From a virus (Duplodnaviria > Caudoviricetes): a stretch of 36,962 nt of DNA. The stretch lies in IMG/VR virus record IMGVR_UViG_3300023092_000047, positions 1 to 36,962 of that record; one strand, 5' to 3'. Shown here piece after piece: positions 16,228-25,464 of this stretch (within the stretch, counting starts at the first letter, position 1; each line of letters begins with the position of its first letter). The notes below the pieces were generated by a model, which worked only from the letters and a program-made list of their open reading frames with translations, did not search any database and was not told where the DNA came from. A program made the translations under genes and the position numbers.

Positions 16228-18105
16228 CTATGTAAATTCTTGCGTAAACTCTTCGGTAAATATACCATATTTCGGATTTAAATCAACTGTAGGATCTTGT
16301 ATAATTTCGCTTTGCTCACTTCCTGGATATTCAGGTGTTGTCAGATCAACAGATTTACCCGCTCTATCAAACAATTCAGCTAGCTTGCCATTTGAAAATG
16401 TGTTATATTTCAAGTCAATATCACCGCCTAATATTCCGAACACTTTTTTGTTGAACGTCAATGATTGCCCCGGAACTTCAAAACTGAATGTATTTAGGTA
16501 GCTAAATCCCAACATGCCAGAACGCAACTTTAAATCACCTAACCAGAACCTGAAAGCTTTTTGGTAAGCCCTTAGAATTGATTTAGCCAAAGCCAGGCTA
16601 AACGGTACAGGCGCTGCAGTCGTTCCGTACTCATACCAACCCGAAGTATAAACCCCATTGTACCTTATAGCATACAGTGAATTTAAAGGTGTATCTGCTG
16701 CAGTCCTTTGCGCGTAATCTCCGAATGGTATTTCGATACGATCAGGTTTTTCGGTATAAAACCCTAAGTTGGTGGAACTACTGAGCGTTCCGGTTACATC
16801 TGAATCGGCTACTGCACTTGTTTTTGATACAGATATATCATCCATTATGATTGGGATGTAGCCTGGCAGTTCAGTAATAATCAACTCCGGCCTATTTAAT
16901 GCATTACCGCCGCTCGATACAGCCTTATCATAATTTACCTTAGTGAACCCGTATATCTGCAAACTCATTAACCCCGATACCGGACATTCAGGCGCAGAAA
17001 AGTTAAACGAAAAGGTATTAGCGTCGCCTTTACTGTTCTCGATCAGATTGGATATCGTACTAAGAGATGTTACCCATTCGTATGAAGTGCCGTAATCTAC
17101 GTTCCGTAAATAGTAGTTACCGACCTTAATGCGTATTTTACACACATACATGGTGCCGACTGTTTGCGTTACCGTATAACCACCTGAATAACCACCATCA
17201 TCAACAGTGGTAGTAACACCTGTATCCGTTTTTCCTACTCGGTACTTAACACTTATTTTATCGCCTATCTGTAACGGAATAGGTGCCGATTGGTAATACT
17301 TTCCCGCATCTGCCCGCTCATTGAATTGGATTGCGTAATTATCTAAAGGCACAAGTTCGCCTTTTGCATTCGTGATAGTACGAGGCACGCGAGAAAAGTT
17401 TAGGCCACCAAACCTAGTCCAGAAATTAAAGTTCTGACCGTCGAATAGTTCAAAGTCACCATTATATAAAAGGCTCGGAACGTTGCCAAATTTAGTTAAC
17501 ACCTCAACACGTTTGTAGGCGTCTTGTATCGGCATTTCTGCCCCTGATAAAGCTATTATTTCCTTAACGCGCGGTTCCGGTTCAGGCGGTGTAGGTTCGA
17601 AAGGTTCAACCTCAAAATTACCAGAAGCTATTAAACCAGCTAATGATTTAGATCGAACAAATGCCGTATATACCTGCGGGCTTAAAGAGCCGAACAGATT
17701 ACTATCCTGCCATGTTATTGCATCCGGGCTATACTCGTATGGAGCAGATCCACCGGAAGCGTTAATTGTTGCCGTTCCGTTATTTAGCCCTGTTCCTGTT
17801 TCGTCGGTTACTGTAATCGAATTAATGCGTATATCGTTAAATACAGGATCTACAGCCGCAGCAACTTTAGTAAATGTAGCGAACGGATATAAGTCAGCCC
17901 ATTTGAGCGTATAAGTAAATCCCGAAGCCCATTTGCGGATCAATGTATCGCCCGGTGCAAAGTTAGGGTAATGCGCATCAAAACTAACAGGAGGTGTGCC
18001 GCCATTTGTAAGCAGTGCCGATAACGTACCTGCCAACTCATCATAAGCGATATTTACACCCTGATTTAATCCTGATTTATTGCCTACAAAGTTATAGTAT
18101 ATCAT
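16228..18105 (-). CDS. Tail tip protein with a SprB-like repeat and a carbohydrate-binding-like segment
   Basis: NNGTATINASGGSAPYEYS...WQDSNLFGSLSPQVYTAFVR is SprB-repeat-like; LLYNGDFE is a CBM-like start; second gene after the tape measure. Confidence 0.7.
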   Translation of the reverse strand: MIYYNFVGNKSGLNQGVNIAYDELAGTLSALLTNGGTPPVSFDAHYPNFAPGDTLIRKWASGFTYTLKWADLYPFATFTKVAAAVDPVFNDIRINSITVTDETGTGLNNGTATINASGGSAPYEYSPDAITWQDSNLFGSLSPQVYTAFVRSKSLAGLIASGNFEVEPFEPTPPEPEPRVKEIIALSGAEMPIQDAYKRVEVLTKFGNVPSLLYNGDFELFDGQNFNFWTRFGGLNFSRVPRTITNAKGELVPLDNYAIQFNERADAGKYYQSAPIPLQIGDKISVKYRVGKTDTGVTTTVDDGGYSGGYTVTQTVGTMYVCKIRIKVGNYYLRNVDYGTSYEWVTSLSTISNLIENSKGDANTFSFNFSAPECPVSGLMSLQIYGFTKVNYDKAVSSGGNALNRPELIITELPGYIPIIMDDISVSKTSAVADSDVTGTLSSSTNLGFYTEKPDRIEIPFGDYAQRTAADTPLNSLYAIRYNGVYTSGWYEYGTTAAPVPFSLALAKSILRAYQKAFRFWLGDLKLRSGMLGFSYLNTFSFEVPGQSLTFNKKVFGILGGDIDLKYNTFSNGKLAELFDRAGKSVDLTTPEYPGSEQSEIIQDPTVDLNPKYGIFTEEFTQEFT

Positions 18106-19247
18106 AGCACCGAACCTATTACGCGGTTTACGTCCAATATCTCCGCATTCAAAAATAAGCCTTTATAGTTGTAATTCCTTGCCCTTATTACCGATCCTGA
18201 TAATTCATTTGCACGTATGATGTTCCAAACCCCATCTGCTTGAACGATGTATGCCCCCCAACTGATGAGCACAGCCTCTAATGCTTCGTAGCAAGTCATT
18301 ACTCCGCCTTTATCATTCGTTAGCGATAGAGGATTAACACGCGCCATAGAAAGCGGATCATTATCTAATCCAGTTGGCATTCCTGAACTATACAGATTGC
18401 ATATCGTTCTTATCGGTAAATTTAAATTAGTAAGCGATAAACAGTAGGCAATGATGTCAACAAAAGATTGATATACCTCAATGTCTGACCCTACAGGCAA
18501 GGGGTATGAACTTGATTTAAGTCCGCCTAAAGCATCCGTTGCCGAAATAGATACAGGATAAGGAACAGCCATAAAAGGTTCAGTACAAGTACTAGGAATG
18601 ATATACCCCCTAAAAACAACCGACCCGGCCTTACGAGCGGTAACTCGGAAAGCACGTTCATCGTTAGTGTAAAATTCCTGTAGTAAGAAATCCTCATCAC
18701 AAATGAAAGACATTTTAAGTTCTGCAGGGCGGAACGGATCGAATTTGTCGTCTACCTCTTTATATGATACGATAGCCGGAGATTTGCCTCCAGTATTCAG
18801 GTAGCCAGGTATCCCGGTATAATTTTTACTTTCTATATCCAATTCGCATTGTACGCCCTCGATATCACACCAACCATAAGCACGATAAACACCGTAAACA
18901 GGATTACCAAAAGGACTAAACGGTACAGAAGGTTCGGGTAGTGGTGTTTGGTATCCGCATTTAGCCGCGTTAATATCCGTTTCTACCCTAGCAAATGGGC
19001 GCTCGTCTGTTGCGTAAACCCTGTAATTGGTGTAGGTTGATAGGTTACAAAACTCGGTTATCTTATCGCCAGGATTATATCTTCTGTTATTTGATTTGTA
19101 ATCAGATACCCGGTCTAAGTTCATCACCGGTTCACCTGTTGCTTCCGGGTTGGATAGGTTTCCGTTTTCGTCTATGTCAACGATAGCAGTACGCCATTTA
19201 GCCAGAAAACCAGACGGTTTAACTTGAAATCGGTCTATCTGTGCCAT
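18102..19247 (-). CDS. Tail tip/hub protein
   Basis: Directly after the tape measure; VFRGYIIP...PYPVSISATDALGGLK and YIVQADGVWNI motifs of tail hub proteins. Confidence 0.7.
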   Translation of the reverse strand: MAQIDRFQVKPSGFLAKWRTAIVDIDENGNLSNPEATGEPVMNLDRVSDYKSNNRRYNPGDKITEFCNLSTYTNYRVYATDERPFARVETDINAAKCGYQTPLPEPSVPFSPFGNPVYGVYRAYGWCDIEGVQCELDIESKNYTGIPGYLNTGGKSPAIVSYKEVDDKFDPFRPAELKMSFICDEDFLLQEFYTNDERAFRVTARKAGSVVFRGYIIPSTCTEPFMAVPYPVSISATDALGGLKSSSYPLPVGSDIEVYQSFVDIIAYCLSLTNLNLPIRTICNLYSSGMPTGLDNDPLSMARVNPLSLTNDKGGVMTCYEALEAVLISWGAYIVQADGVWNIIRANELSGSVIRARNYNYKGLFLNAEILDVNRVIGSVL

Positions 19248-21283
19248 TACCCTAAACGATTTAATTGTTTTTCAGTCTGCCTTATTCTTGCAACCAATTG
19301 CCCCATTTCAATACCTAATTCGGTAGAAAACATAATTTGATTACCCGAACTACCCTTCATCAAACGTTCAGTACGTCCGTTCGGAATGACATTGCTGCCC
19401 TGTGGAAGTTGTACAAGTTCTCGGCCTACTTCTCCAACCATAGCAAGACCCCCGCCGAAATTAGTAACGCCAGATGCAAATCCTGGTATTTGTTTCACGC
19501 CTTGATATTGAGAACCACCACCCAAATTTGACACCTTACCCTGAATAGCTGTTCCTAATGCAATTAAAGCTACCCCGGCACCGATTGCAACAGCAGGGTT
19601 TAAAGTCTTTAACGCGGCCTTAATGGCACCAATCCCAACACCTGTTTCAATTGCCACTTTACCTAACTGAACCATAAGTCCGCCCAGTGTACCTAGCAGT
19701 CCTTGAGCAACTGAAGCAAATATGTTTGTACCGTCAGCAAGCGCAGAACCAATAGATGTTCCTAAACTTTCGAACGTACCAACAATACCATTATTAATAA
19801 TATCGTTTGCGTTCTCATTGAATGTTCTTAAAGCCTTTTCTATATCGGTCAACCCGGTTGTGATTGTGGCTAAAGGTGGCAATTGTATGCCTGCTAATGT
19901 CGGTGCTGTACTACCCCTTATACCTGTTGCGTTCGGTACGTTTTTCAGATCACCATCAAACAAACCAGACTGCAACCCTTTCAGCCGTTCAATTTCGGCT
20001 CCTGCAGGTTTAAATCCTAGCTTTATTAAATCTTCAATAGCTTTTTGATAGGCCGAAACTTTATCTTTTCTTACATCGCCAAAAGTAGCACCAAAAGTGT
20101 TATCTGCCTGAGCAAGATCAATGTTCAAATCTTTCAGTACGTCAGATAGACCGCGTGTTGCTTTTTTCTGATCTTCTATTTCCCCTACCTTATCAAAATT
20201 ACCTTTAACTTCTGCCTGTCCCTGAACTTGTTTAGTTATTTCTTTGGACAGCCTGGCATCTTGATCTTTCAGCGCATTTAACTGGGTTTGCAGCTTTACC
20301 TGATCTTCAAGTAACCCTTGCGTTTCACGACTACCACCTAAAGCAGCAGCGTAACCTGTATCCTCAGATTTGGACTTGTTGATAGCATTTTGGGTATTCA
20401 GTATTTTATTGACGATCTCTGCCTCTTTAATCGAGTTTTCACCGATCTTGTCTGATAGCGCGCGTGCCTTTGCTGTAGCTATAATTGATAGCGTAAGTTT
20501 CTCGTAAGCCTGAGTTGTTACCGCTGTTGCGTTTGCTTCAAACTTCAGGTTACCAAAGTACGCCGGGTATTCTTTTTGTATCTCTCTATACGCGTCTCTA
20601 CGTTTAGATAGCGGTACGTTTGCGTTTTGGTATAGCTCATAGAGTACACGCAAATTGCTGATCTCTTTCGCTCCGTTTTGTTGACCTTTAAGTAAGGCGC
20701 CCTCAACTGCTCCTAAGGAGTTTATATAGTCGTCTGTAGATTCTTTTGTTTCCTTAGTGGCTTTATTGGCTTTTTGTTGCCACATCGTGTAGAACGTGAT
20801 TGCGGCAGTAACTAAGGATAAAGCAACCCCGATACCAGCAGGACCGATTAAAGATTGACCCAAGGCTCGCAATGCAGCGGCATTTGATCCTGACTCAGTA
20901 CGCAATCTTTGGAACGATTCTAATAAAGGGTTTAAGTTGTTTTGAATACCAATGAAGCCGAACGGTGCATCTTGCGCAACACGACCTAAGTTAGTTAACG
21001 CAAAAGCGGCTTGATTAGACCCTACAGATAAACGTGATAGTTGTTGTGGAGCAGCAGAAACAGTAGCCTGTAACCGAGTTAATGAAACTTGCCCGGCTTG
21101 TAATGACCTTTGAAAACCAGATAAATTAAGCCTGTTAACATTAGCGATGTTGCGCGATATATTGTTAGACATTGCGGTGACAACACCGTCTGTTCTTGAT
21201 GAAGCTGTAGCGGCTTGTGTTAGCGCAGTGACAAATCCATTGACCTGCGCACTAAGTTCTACGGATAATTGAGCATCAGCCAT
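19247..21283 (-). CDS. Tape measure protein
   Basis: Long Ala/Gly/Leu-rich helical protein after the chaperone; QDAPFG..GIQNN and C-terminal FASG...AMVGEVGRELV.LP.GS.VIPN motifs. Confidence 0.9.
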   Translation of the reverse strand: MADAQLSVELSAQVNGFVTALTQAATASSRTDGVVTAMSNNISRNIANVNRLNLSGFQRSLQAGQVSLTRLQATVSAAPQQLSRLSVGSNQAAFALTNLGRVAQDAPFGFIGIQNNLNPLLESFQRLRTESGSNAAALRALGQSLIGPAGIGVALSLVTAAITFYTMWQQKANKATKETKESTDDYINSLGAVEGALLKGQQNGAKEISNLRVLYELYQNANVPLSKRRDAYREIQKEYPAYFGNLKFEANATAVTTQAYEKLTLSIIATAKARALSDKIGENSIKEAEIVNKILNTQNAINKSKSEDTGYAAALGGSRETQGLLEDQVKLQTQLNALKDQDARLSKEITKQVQGQAEVKGNFDKVGEIEDQKKATRGLSDVLKDLNIDLAQADNTFGATFGDVRKDKVSAYQKAIEDLIKLGFKPAGAEIERLKGLQSGLFDGDLKNVPNATGIRGSTAPTLAGIQLPPLATITTGLTDIEKALRTFNENANDIINNGIVGTFESLGTSIGSALADGTNIFASVAQGLLGTLGGLMVQLGKVAIETGVGIGAIKAALKTLNPAVAIGAGVALIALGTAIQGKVSNLGGGSQYQGVKQIPGFASGVTNFGGGLAMVGEVGRELVQLPQGSNVIPNGRTERLMKGSSGNQIMFSTELGIEMGQLVARIRQTEKQLNRLG

Positions 21284-21639
21284 TTATTTTTTCCTCCATC
21301 CTTCCGATTTAATAAAATCGTGGAAATTTTTAATACTATTCAATTTGGCTTTAGTCAGTTTGTAAACCCTAGGTTTTGGCTCCCCTTCAATCGGCCACCA
21401 TGCTTGCGCTGATTTAGGCATTTTCTTTGGATCTCCGAAGCTGGAATAAATCATCCAGTTAATTTGCCTTTCAGACCTTTCAGCCGCTAATTTACGTTGC
21501 TTATGCCCTATGCAAATCATTACATACTGACCGGGCGTAAGGTCTGCAAACTCTCTAGGTTTTAACTGCAGCTCGCCAAATGCGTATAGCCTTACCGCTT
21601 CCCAGTCTATAGGTTTTGGTTTTGCTCTGCTTTTTTTTT
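21284..21639 (-). CDS. C-terminal (-1 frame) part of the tail assembly chaperone fusion (gpGT-like)
   Basis: The -1 frame is open from the A9 run: KKSRAKPKPIDWEAVRLYAFGELQLKPREFADLTPGQYVMICIGHK... to 21284. Confidence 0.82.
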
Positions 21640-21966
21640 ACCAGCGTTAAGTTTGTCTAATAGCGTTTTGCTTGCCTGAGAATCAGTATAAGCGGAAACT
21701 ACTTTTTTACCTAATTCGTCATTATCCGCAAGCCATTCCGCTATTTCATATGCAAGCTCGTATTCTGGTCTATCCGAATCGGTACGGTCTGCCTGATTAC
21801 ATAGCCCGGCAAATACCAAATAAGCAAGTCCGGTAATACCAGGAACTTTACCCACATCAAAACGTTCTATTGTTTTAGTGGCGACAATCTCCGCAGCAGT
21901 CATACCAAAATAAAGGGAATGTTTAACCCCCTCTATTTCAAATGATATTTTTCCGTTACCCTGCAT
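21607..21966 (-). CDS. Tail assembly chaperone (gpG-like)
   Basis: Between the tail tube and tape measure genes; ends GKKKAEQNQNL over the slippery GGT AAA AAA AAA G. Confidence 0.82.
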   Translation of the reverse strand: MQGNGKISFEIEGVKHSLYFGMTAAEIVATKTIERFDVGKVPGITGLAYLVFAGLCNQADRTDSDRPEYELAYEIAEWLADNDELGKKVVSAYTDSQASKTLLDKLNAGKKKAEQNQNL

Positions 21967-21967
21967 A

Positions 21968-22459
21968 CTAAGCTACTGGTGCTAAATCGTCTTGATCAAA
22001 TGAGGCACCGATACCAGTAATAGAAGTACTGAACGTTTGCGCTGCGTTATCCGGGAATGAATCACCCTCTGTATCTATACGGCCTACGCCATAACGTATA
22101 GTTACGCTTGTAGCTGTATTTGTACGGTCAGCAATCATCCACCATGCCGCAGCACCTGACCGCCATTGTTTATATAAAGCGTTGTGGTCGATACGTAAAT
22201 CGCCAACTTCAAGTTTTTGGGCTAAACCTTCAGCAGTCATAGTCCATGATTTTTCACCCGCTACACTTTCGGCAAATCCAGATTCTGAACATTTCGATGT
22301 GGCCGAAATACCAGAAGTTGAGCCGTTAAAGTCAACGCTAGTTAAACACGCTACAGCAACGAAGTTCTCGATCGAGATTTCCGTTCCAGGTGTGTCGATG
22401 TCATCAGTGACGTTTAAAAAAAGGAGCGACTCCCTTGCATTGATAAATGGATTTGCCAT
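21968..22459 (-). CDS. Major tail tube protein (TP901-1-like)
   Basis: VACLTS...ISATSKCS..GFAESVAGEKSWTMTAEG...TFSTSITGIG; start reassigned to MANPFIN. Confidence 0.85.
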   Translation of the reverse strand: MANPFINARESLLFLNVTDDIDTPGTEISIENFVAVACLTSVDFNGSTSGISATSKCSESGFAESVAGEKSWTMTAEGLAQKLEVGDLRIDHNALYKQWRSGAAAWWMIADRTNTATSVTIRYGVGRIDTEGDSFPDNAAQTFSTSITGIGASFDQDDLAPVA

Positions 22460-22476
22460 GTTGATCGTTTTTATTT

Positions 22477-22527
22477 CAAATGTAACTATAATGATACAAA
22501 AGTGCAATAGTTATTTTTGTAGGTTTG
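22477..22527. promoter_or_regulatory. Divergent promoters with operator TGTAAC-tataat-GATACA (22481-22498)
   Basis: Leftward -7 TACATTTG (22477-84) overlaps the operator; rightward -7 TAGGTTTG (22520-27) is 21 bp from it. Confidence 0.7.
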
Positions 22528-22549
22528 GGTAAACAAAAAAAAATAAAAT

Positions 22550-22837
22550 ATGAAACAAACAGTATTATTAACACAGCTTTACAAGACTTCTGCTCCTGAA
22601 TATATCATGGCTACTTGTCACGTAGCAGATAAAGAAGATGGAGACAGATTTGAGTGTAAAATTATTGGTGATAAACAGTACAAAGAGCAGCTTTGGCAAT
22701 ATGTAAGTGGGCAATGGAAAGGTTTAGAATGTGAGATTGAATTTAAAGATGTTGATTCAAGGGGGGTACCTATAGACGCGCTGATTACAAAAGTAATGTC
22801 TGCTACATCTCCATATTTCAGGCAAGTTGCATTTTAA
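22550..22837 (+). CDS. Accessory (moron) hypothetical protein, 95 aa
   Basis: Opposite strand within the tail genes, with its own promoter and terminator. Confidence 0.7.
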   Translation: MKQTVLLTQLYKTSAPEYIMATCHVADKEDGDRFECKIIGDKQYKEQLWQYVSGQWKGLECEIEFKDVDSRGVPIDALITKVMSATSPYFRQVAF

Positions 22838-22848
22838 TTCAAAACATC

Positions 22849-22879
22849 AGCCCTGTCCCTCACCGTTCAGGGCTTTTTT
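22849..22879 (+). terminator. Intrinsic terminator
   Basis: AGCCCTG-12 nt-CAGGGCT followed by TTTTT. Confidence 0.75.
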
Positions 22880-22953
22880 AACCCATCTATCCCTTTCCCA
22901 TTCCACCCTAGCCCTTACCCACACACAAGCACGTTTAGGCATAGGGAAACGCT

Positions 22954-23421
22954 CTATTGCGTCACTGAGAAGTTTAGCGTAATTTGTACTATCCATGTTC
23001 TTGTACTTTGTGCGTCATAATTTAGGTTGCGTATACCTACAATGTCGTATTTCCATAGGCCGAATGGATCAGGTAGCGCAACGCTAGCTAAACTAGCTAA
23101 TGCCAAATCGCTTATTTCTTCGGCTATTTTACTACCTCCTTTGCCTGATGGGTAAACTGTTGTCACTTGTAATTGAATTGAACATTCGTCATTACGCCCG
23201 CATTTACTGCCGATACCCTCGTTTTGCGTCTGGTTAAGCAGGATAATGTAGGCCTCTAAGCTAAGGTTACCAACGGTCAGTATTGCCTTTTTACGCGTAT
23301 CTGTTTCCTGCAAATACTCTTCAAATGAGGCTATCTTTTGCGTTCCTGAATGGATTATACCACCTCCCGCATTTAAAGCCGTTGCGACCGCTGTACGTAT
23401 TGCCAGGTTTGTGTTTTTCAT
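22954..23421 (-). CDS. Tail terminator/completion protein
   Basis: Position between the neck and tail tube genes; size and AYIIL...SIQLQV...AEEISD pattern. Confidence 0.7.
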   Translation of the reverse strand: MKNTNLAIRTAVATALNAGGGIIHSGTQKIASFEEYLQETDTRKKAILTVGNLSLEAYIILLNQTQNEGIGSKCGRNDECSIQLQVTTVYPSGKGGSKIAEEISDLALASLASVALPDPFGLWKYDIVGIRNLNYDAQSTRTWIVQITLNFSVTQ

Positions 23422-23469
23422 TGTAGCTAAGTTGTTACATTCAAATATAGGGAATAGTTCGTAATATTG
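23422..23469. promoter_or_regulatory. Operator TGTAGC-taagtt-GTTACA (23422-23439) with divergent promoters
   Basis: Fills the leader between the leftward -7 TATATTTG and ATG 23421; rightward -7-like TAATATTG (23462-69) is 22 bp away. Confidence 0.65.
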
Positions 23470-23505
23470 TGGTGCCGGATGTTCGGCAATTAAATCTTAG
23501 CGGAA

Positions 23506-23688
23506 ATGAAAAAAAAATCAAATTTCACAATATTCCCAATACACGAAGCTATAAATAGAAAAGCGGAACAGCGGAAAATACAGGCACAATTTTTTGGCAA
23601 ATTAACAGGCTTAAATCCTTTCTATATCTTTTCTGACAACAGGACAAAACCCGATTTAGAAAATACACACGATTGGATGAATAATTAA
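23506..23688 (+). CDS. Accessory hypothetical protein, 60 aa
   Basis: First ORF of an inserted + strand unit. Confidence 0.55.
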   Translation: MKKKSNFTIFPIHEAINRKAEQRKIQAQFFGKLTGLNPFYIFSDNRTKPDLENTHDWMNN

Positions 23689-23787
23689 ATATTCCCGTTC
23701 CCGCTAAGTCGGGAATCTGCCAGCTCGACACCTTACCGGGTTCGGGCTTATGGTGGTGCCGGGCATTAGCGCTCTGACAAATGAGAT

Positions 23788-23985
23788 ATGGAAGTGCAAG
23801 AAATATTGAGACTGAAAAAAGAATTACAGAACTCTGTAATCAAACAAATTAGTGACTTCGAAAAGATAACAGGTGTTTCGGTAGCGTCTTTATCAATAGA
23901 AAGAGTCAGCATAGAAGCATCTTCTGCACCCTTCCTTACGAATGTTAAAGCTAAAATAGAATTCCCGGATAATTGGGGCGCATAG
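23788..23985 (+). CDS. Accessory hypothetical protein, 65 aa
   Basis: LKKELQNSVIKQISDFEKITGVSVASLSI pattern seen in small phage proteins. Confidence 0.65.
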   Translation: MEVQEILRLKKELQNSVIKQISDFEKITGVSVASLSIERVSIEASSAPFLTNVKAKIEFPDNWGA

Positions 23986-24055
23986 ATATAGAATGCCGGG
24001 CGGTGTCTGAAAGATTACACCCCCGGTGTGTACCTAAAACTTAATACTTTTAAAT

Positions 24056-24262
24056 ATGAAATGGATTTCAGTAGAAAATCAACTACCAGAACCAAACACA
24101 AAAGTTATGCTATCATATGGATTATTTGGGGTAAGAGCCGCTGTTTGCGATGACTGGGTAACTACTGGATGGTTAACAAAGTCAGGTATATGGAGTATAA
24201 AGTTTATAGAAAATGGCAATATGCACAAAATGTCAAAGCCAGATCATTGGATGCCTTTATAA
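24056..24262 (+). CDS. DUF551-like protein
   Basis: MKWISVENQLPE...HWMPL signature. Confidence 0.8.
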   Translation: MKWISVENQLPEPNTKVMLSYGLFGVRAAVCDDWVTTGWLTKSGIWSIKFIENGNMHKMSKPDHWMPL

Positions 24263-24760
24263 CCTCAAATCCTTCAAGGCTTGTTTCAAATCCTTAACGC
24301 ATTGGATCTGATATTTCAAAAATGCCGGTAGTAGGTAGGGTTGCGCTATGATCGCCCCACGTCCGTTGATATAATACAGCTGGGCTAGTGATTTCCATTC
24401 AGTTGGTACGGTAGATAAGTATGTAGATGCGCTTTGACCAGTTCCAAACTCAACCCATGCCGCAATATCCCCCGCTGAACGCTCGACAAATACCCTACCC
24501 TTATAACCACTTGTATCGATACTGTAGCCTATCGCTTGACTTATAGGTGTCCATCCCCTACCACGCGCTATCTTGTCTTGTGTTTCAGTACCGAATGTAG
24601 TTCTAATCGATGCACCTGGCCCTGGAGCATCCCGTATCGCTTCTAACTCAATATCGCCTAAATTCGTTTCTATTATTTCTTTTACCTCAGTTTGGAACTT
24701 GGTGGACATACTGTTTAAAGCAGATGTTAATTGACCGAAATTTGATAGGACGCGGGGCAT
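24257..24760 (-). CDS. HK97 gp10-like neck/tail completion protein
   Basis: AAWVEFGTG and AQPYLLPAF motifs. Confidence 0.85.
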   Translation of the reverse strand: MPRVLSNFGQLTSALNSMSTKFQTEVKEIIETNLGDIELEAIRDAPGPGASIRTTFGTETQDKIARGRGWTPISQAIGYSIDTSGYKGRVFVERSAGDIAAWVEFGTGQSASTYLSTVPTEWKSLAQLYYINGRGAIIAQPYLLPAFLKYQIQCVKDLKQALKDLRL

Positions 24761-24763
24761 AAG

Positions 24764-24814
24764 CAAATGTAACGAAATCGTTGCAAAAAGTGAATAGGTG
24801 GAGTTGTATATTTG
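24764..24814. promoter_or_regulatory. Divergent promoters with operator TGTAAC-gaaatc-GTTGCA (24768-24785)
   Basis: Leftward -7 TACATTTG (24764-71) overlaps the operator; rightward -7 TATATTTG (24807-14) is 21 bp from it. Each is 3 nt from an ATG. Confidence 0.72.
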
Positions 24815-24817
24815 GGT

Positions 24818-25132
24818 ATGAGTATAGAAACAATTAAAACAGGATCAGGAGAACATGAATACATTTCTATTGAAGACGTGGATACTGATAGCGGAACTTT
24901 GCAAATAAATGTAGGTGACGATTATTTTGAAACGTCCGTAACTTTAGACGAAGATGAACAAGAACGCCTTTATGCGCTGCTAAGAAGCAGACTAGATGTC
25001 AATAAAACTATGTCAATAAGTGACAAAATTGAATTTAGTAAATTACTTACTGGACACTATGAAATGTTATATGCCAAACCCGTTAGCTTATGGGCGGTAA
25101 TTAAAGGGTTTTTATTTGGAGTCAAATCTTAA
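24818..25132 (+). CDS. Accessory hypothetical protein, 104 aa, acidic with a C-terminal amphipathic helix
   Basis: Opposite-strand insert with its own promoter. Confidence 0.65.
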   Translation: MSIETIKTGSGEHEYISIEDVDTDSGTLQINVGDDYFETSVTLDEDEQERLYALLRSRLDVNKTMSISDKIEFSKLLTGHYEMLYAKPVSLWAVIKGFLFGVKS

Positions 25133-25464
25133 CGTTTTGGCGGGTTACTCCCTTGCGCAATAATAACCAAACTTTCCCAGTACGTGTAATCTGGTATTGC
25201 TGAAATAACCTGATAGTAAGCGCCACGATACTCAATCTTCATATTCTCTATAACGAGCTTATCACGCCTATCCCGAACTTCAAACTTCATTGCCGGGATT
25301 AGTCGTTCTTGGTTCGCTTCTAATGTACGTCCTGATCGAATGGGCGTTACTTTAGCAAATGTAGACCAATACGGCACTGAATTAGGATAAGATCCCCCGG
25401 CACCGTCGTCTACGTCCTCAAACATAACGATAGTTATTTTCTGGTTTAGTTCGCCTGAGTTCAT
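25129..25464 (-). CDS. Head closure protein (SPP1 gp16-like)
   Basis: GELNQKITI...DDGAGG...AKVTPI...MKIEYRGAYYQV motifs. Confidence 0.85.
   Translation of the reverse strand: MNSGELNQKITIVMFEDVDDGAGGSYPNSVPYWSTFAKVTPIRSGRTLEANQERLIPAMKFEVRDRRDKLVIENMKIEYRGAYYQVISAIPDYTYWESLVIIAQGSNPPKR

Noticed and set aside
21284-21520. Independent 78-aa gene starting MICIGHK
   Set aside because: Better explained as the tail of the frameshifted chaperone, because coding-like sequence extends upstream to the A9 run.
23717-23775. tRNA gene suggested by GGGTTCG
   Set aside because: No cloverleaf, D-arm, anticodon arm or proper T-stem could be built.
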